Source: a bacterium (GTDB taxonomy: Bacteria > SAR324 > JACQKK01). Taken from it: a DNA stretch of 38,412 nucleotides. A model generated the notes under the pieces. The model ran no database searches. It was not told where the DNA came from and was given only the letters and a program-made list of their open reading frames with translations. The stretch lies in assembly GCA_041477795.1 (NCBI GenBank), contig JBGOUY010000001.1, forward strand, positions 1 through 38,412, read 5' to 3'. The translations under genes were made by a program, and so were the position numbers. Below are positions 35,221 through 38,412 of the stretch, piece after piece. Position 1 is the stretch's first letter, and each line of letters begins with the position of its first letter.

Positions 35221-35390
35221 CCTCCTCCACGTAACCGAATCCCAAAGAGTGGCGCTCTACTAGTGGACGATAACATTCATTTTGTTGCTGACGGCAGCAT
35301 GAGTGCATTCTTCTGCAAACGGCCATAAACACGGCATAGCGTCGAATTGATGGTGCCGGATAGCACTGCCAATTCATCTGTTACCGGCCA

Positions 35391-36056
35391 TTAGCGACGT
35401 TGCATCCGCCATTCCGCATATCGGATCGCCATCGCGAGCGGCCAGCAGATGAAAAAGTACACCACGGCGATAAATGTGAAGATCTCCAGCGGCCGGAACG
35501 TGGAGGCCGAAAGCTCCATGCCGCGCCGGGTTATTTCACTCACGGAAATGATGGCGCCCAGGGACGAGAACTTGATGAGCTGTACGAAGTTCGATGCGAG
35601 CGGCGGCAATGTCATCCGCACAGCCTGTGGCAATACGATCCGCCGGAAGGTCTGCGCCGGCGTGAGGCCCAGCACCTGCGCCGCTTCGCGATGACCCACC
35701 GGGACGGCCTGAATGCCGGAGCGGTACACCTCGGCGATGAAGGCCGCCTGATAGATAGACAGTCCGATGATGAGCGCGGCCAACGCTGAAATCTGGATAT
35801 CGAACACGATCGGCAACACGTAGTACACCCACAGCAACTGCACGACGATCGGCGTGTTCCGGATGATTTCGCCGAACCACAGGGCGATCCAGCGCAGGCC
35901 GCGCCATTTGGACCGGTCGAGCAATGCGATGACGAGCCCGCCAATCATCGCCAGCACCAGCGTTACGGCGGAGAGCAGTAGCGTCATCTGCAGTCCCGAC
36001 ATCAGAAATCCGAGACTGCTCCAGATGGTGTCCCAACGGAATTGATACCTGAACAT
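35391..36056 (-). CDS. polar amino acid ABC transporter permease (HisM/GlnP-like)
   Basis: 221 aa with GLQMTLLLS, IRNTPIVVQLLWVYY and the EAA loop SGIQAVPVGHREAAQVLGLTPAQTFRRIVLPQA. Confidence 0.9.
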   Translation of the reverse strand: MFRYQFRWDTIWSSLGFLMSGLQMTLLLSAVTLVLAMIGGLVIALLDRSKWRGLRWIALWFGEIIRNTPIVVQLLWVYYVLPIVFDIQISALAALIIGLSIYQAAFIAEVYRSGIQAVPVGHREAAQVLGLTPAQTFRRIVLPQAVRMTLPPLASNFVQLIKFSSLGAIISVSEITRRGMELSASTFRPLEIFTFIAVVYFFICWPLAMAIRYAEWRMQRR

Positions 36057-36109
36057 CCGGATCCCTGCGCATCAGCGCTGGTGCAAGGGGTTCGCCGCGA
36101 CCCTTCGCT

Positions 36110-36925
36110 TCAGGGCGCGACGATCGGATCGAGCTTGTGCTTCTTGGCGAATTGCATCAGTCGGCCGTCGAGCTTGATGGTATCAACGAATAGGTTGATA
36201 TAGTTGAGCCAGATCTGATCGCCCTGCGGAACGACATAGGCGTAAGGCGTGATGGCAAGCTTTTGACTCGGCAGGATGTAGGTTGCCCAGTCGAACGTGG
36301 CGATCACCTTGATGGCGGTCGGGAAGTCCGTCATGATCACCTCGACCCGTTTTGCAACGAGTTCACCCTCACGCGTGTTGGGCGGAGCGACAGCGATCAC
36401 CTCGGCGTTTTTGAGGTATGACTTCATGAAGGTCTCGATGTAACTGCCCAGCGAGACGGCGACCTTCACGCCTTTCTTATCGATGTCCCCCCATTTCTTG
36501 ATCTTGCCTCCCTTTCTCAACACCGCATAGATGTTGGTGATCAGGTACGGTTTCGAGAACTCGACTGCCTGTGCGCGTTTCAGGGTTGCGCCCACCCCGA
36601 ACATGCCGATATCGCACTTGTTTGACTGCAGATCGGCGATGAAGCTGCCGAAGCTCGATTCGATGATTTCGAGCTGGGCGCCAAGTTCCTTGGCGAGCTC
36701 TTTGGCAAGATCGGCATCGATTCCTTCGATCTCGCCAGTCTGCGGATTCCGATACGAGATCGAGTAGTAGAGCGGATACTGGCAGACCTTGAGCTTCTGG
36801 CTCTTGGTGATTTCAAAGAGACGAGACTGCGTCTGCTGCGCGAAAATCGGATCGGCCCCAGCAGCAAGCACCGCGATACCTAGAGCAATCGCGAAGCAAG
36901 TGCCTGTGGCTCTTGAAACACGCAT
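36110..36925 (-). CDS. polar amino acid ABC transporter substrate-binding protein (SBP_bac_3)
   Basis: Start at MRVSRATGTCFAIALGIAVLAAGADPIFAQQ (ATG at 36925 preceded by AAGGAGG), not the track start at 37099. Signal peptide plus a family-3 SBP body (GIDADLAKELAKELG). Confidence 0.85.
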   Translation of the reverse strand: MRVSRATGTCFAIALGIAVLAAGADPIFAQQTQSRLFEITKSQKLKVCQYPLYYSISYRNPQTGEIEGIDADLAKELAKELGAQLEIIESSFGSFIADLQSNKCDIGMFGVGATLKRAQAVEFSKPYLITNIYAVLRKGGKIKKWGDIDKKGVKVAVSLGSYIETFMKSYLKNAEVIAVAPPNTREGELVAKRVEVIMTDFPTAIKVIATFDWATYILPSQKLAITPYAYVVPQGDQIWLNYINLFVDTIKLDGRLMQFAKKHKLDPIVAP

Positions 36926-36944
36926 GGCGGAATCCTCCTTTGGA

Positions 36945-37703
36945 TTATCCCTCCAACAGCTGCAAGAAGCGTTTTGCGCGATCGGTCGCAGGTGCCGCGA
37001 AAAACTGTGCTGGAGGAGCTTCCTCAACGATCTCGCCCATATCCATGAACGCGACACGGGAGCCAACCTGACGCGCAAACCCCATTTCGTGAGTGACAAT
37101 CAACATCGTCATGCCTTCGCTGGCGAGCTGGCGCATGACGATCAGCACCTCGCGGCGCAACTCCGGGTCGAGGGCCGAGGTAACCTCGTCGAACAACATG
37201 ACTCTGGGTGACATGGCGAGCGCTCGCGCGATGGCGACGCGCTGCTGCTGCCCTCCCGACAGTCGCGCAGGGTAGGCGTCACGCTTGTCGGAGAGGCCCA
37301 CTTTGTCGAGCAGCTTCTCTGCTATCGCCGCTGCCTGATCTTTTGCGATACTCTTGACTCGAAGCGGTGCCTCGATGATGTTCTCAAGTACCGACATGTG
37401 TGGCCATAGATTGAAATGCTGGAATACCATCCCAATCTCTGCCCGCACTGCCCGGGCGGCCTGACGGATACGGGCATCCGGATGAGGCGCGGAAATCACC
37501 GCGCCATTCATGACGATCGAACCTTCGCTCGGCTCCTCGAGGAGCGCAAAGCATCTGAGCAGCGTCGTCTTGCCCGAACCGCTTGGCCCCACGATGCAGA
37601 CGACATCCTGCTCGGCAACAGGCAGCGACACCCGCGTGAGCACCTGGTTGGTGCCAAAGCGCTTGGAGATCTTTTTGGCGACAATGATCGGGGGCCCCGC
37701 CAT
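36945..37703 (-). CDS. polar amino acid ABC transporter ATP-binding protein (GlnQ/HisP-like)
   Basis: Start at [17 protein letters not shown] (ATG at 37703). Walker [10 protein letters not shown], signature [15 protein letters not shown], Walker [13 protein letters not shown]-loop VTHEMGFA. Confidence 0.9.
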   Translation of the reverse strand: MAGPPIIVAKKISKRFGTNQVLTRVSLPVAEQDVVCIVGPSGSGKTTLLRCFALLEEPSEGSIVMNGAVISAPHPDARIRQAARAVRAEIGMVFQHFNLWPHMSVLENIIEAPLRVKSIAKDQAAAIAEKLLDKVGLSDKRDAYPARLSGGQQQRVAIARALAMSPRVMLFDEVTSALDPELRREVLIVMRQLASEGMTMLIVTHEMGFARQVGSRVAFMDMGEIVEEAPPAQFFAAPATDRAKRFLQLLEG

Positions 37704-38295
37704 GACTTCCCACTCGTCGCCGGTCGATGAACTGCTCGGCAATGGCGTGATACGCCGCTTTAGAAGGTTATCGAGACAGCCGCTGGCGCTGAAAACGGCT
37801 TTCCCACGGGCGCAATCGGGGGCGGGCCGCACTCGCTTCGTAATCTACATCCTCTGTGATGTCAATCTTCGCGGGGAGGGTCGACAGAGCAATCGCAACG
37901 TTGCTGCACCACCCCCGGAGCCCGTTCCCCGGGATCTGATGGCAGCTCTCTTGTGGCCAGGCGTCTTATGAAACCCTCGTGTGAAACGCGTTGGAACCGA
38001 TCAGCGCACATCCGGGCATCCCGAAAGACTCGTGGATGCGAGGACTCTTTTCAGAGCGGGTGCGGCGAATGGGGTATCGGCTTTCGGGAGGACCGCTCCG
38101 ATCCCATGGCCGACCCGCCAAGGCGGGACTGCACCCCAGTTGGAACAAGCCCTTGCTTTGCTCGGCGGCAGCCGCGCAACGAACAATGGGTGCGCGAGGG
38201 AGCTTTCTTCCTCGCAGCAGTTGTTGTTCACAGCCGTTCTAAACACAGCGTCATAAATATTTGCGAATCAATTTCGGTTGTGATGTCATCGATGC

Positions 38296-38412
38296 ATGAA
38301 ACCGCTGAGCATTGCCGATGCTTCGACTATCGTGCTTGGACTGCAAGATGAAATCCGGCGGTCCGAGGAATCTCGCTACGACCATCGGCTGCATGCCGTG
38401 CTCCTGGTGGCC
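38296..38412 (+). mobile_element. 5' end of a winged-HTH / IS630-like transposase gene (partial, runs off the window)
   Basis: ATG at 38296 opens MKPLSIADASTIVLGLQDEIRRSEESRYDHRLHAVLLVA with no stop before the window ends. I recall this N-terminus from IS630-family or HTH-domain transposase annotations. It is preceded by an AT-rich stretch (38240-38295). It is absent from the ORF track because it is truncated. Confidence 0.4.

Noticed and set aside
1-38412. Scan for CRISPR arrays, rRNA, intact tRNAs and defence or toxin-antitoxin modules
   Set aside because: I saw no regularly spaced direct repeats, no rRNA-like conserved blocks and no complete cloverleaf (only 3' fragments). No nuclease, ATPase, methylase or small paired ORFs typical of defence or TA systems were recognised by eye.

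Overview
High-GC (roughly two-thirds G+C by eye) proteobacterial DNA. It is probably from a betaproteobacterium of the Burkholderiales type; that guess rests only on the Bug/TctC-type tripartite tricarboxylate transporter and overall gene style. All homology calls come from reading the supplied translations against remembered family motifs, with no searches run. The window is an accessory-looking mosaic of transporter-plus-enzyme modules separated by decayed mobile-DNA scars.

Modules, left to right:
- An acyl-CoA dehydrogenase (ACAD) remnant.
- A seven-gene minus-strand unit: three tandem SDR paralogs, an NMT1/SsuA-type ABC transporter and an alpha/beta hydrolase.
- An orphan ORF and a serine-recombinase remnant.
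- A frameshifted MBL-fold hydrolase.
- A LacI-family regulator followed by a five-gene LIV/HAAT-type ABC transporter.
- A lower-GC gene graveyard (about 15.8-18.2 kb) holding an intact GFA-family gene plus OsmC-like, recombinase, ACAD and tmRNA-like fragments.
- A 9.3 kb segment bracketed by two diverged direct copies of a tmRNA-like 3' domain. It carries a class-III aminotransferase, a transposase fragment, TctB/TctA/Bug, CoxG, a FadH-like Fe-S flavoreductase and a dead P4-type integrase.
- A NodB-type deacetylase, a CUT1 sugar ABC system without an ATPase, and an alpha/beta hydrolase.
- A tRNA 3' fragment and AT-rich junction.
- A polar amino-acid ABC transporter with an M20 peptidase and an arginase-fold enzyme carrying an unusual GGDGS metal motif.
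- The start of an IS630-like gene at the right edge.

No rRNA, intact tRNA, CRISPR array or recognisable defence or toxin system was seen.

The most interesting signals:
- The three SDRs all lack the catalytic triad.
- The decayed ssrA-type island has T-arm halves split between its two end repeats.
- The ACAD gene appears split by about 16.5 kb.
- The ureohydrolase has a variant metal site.
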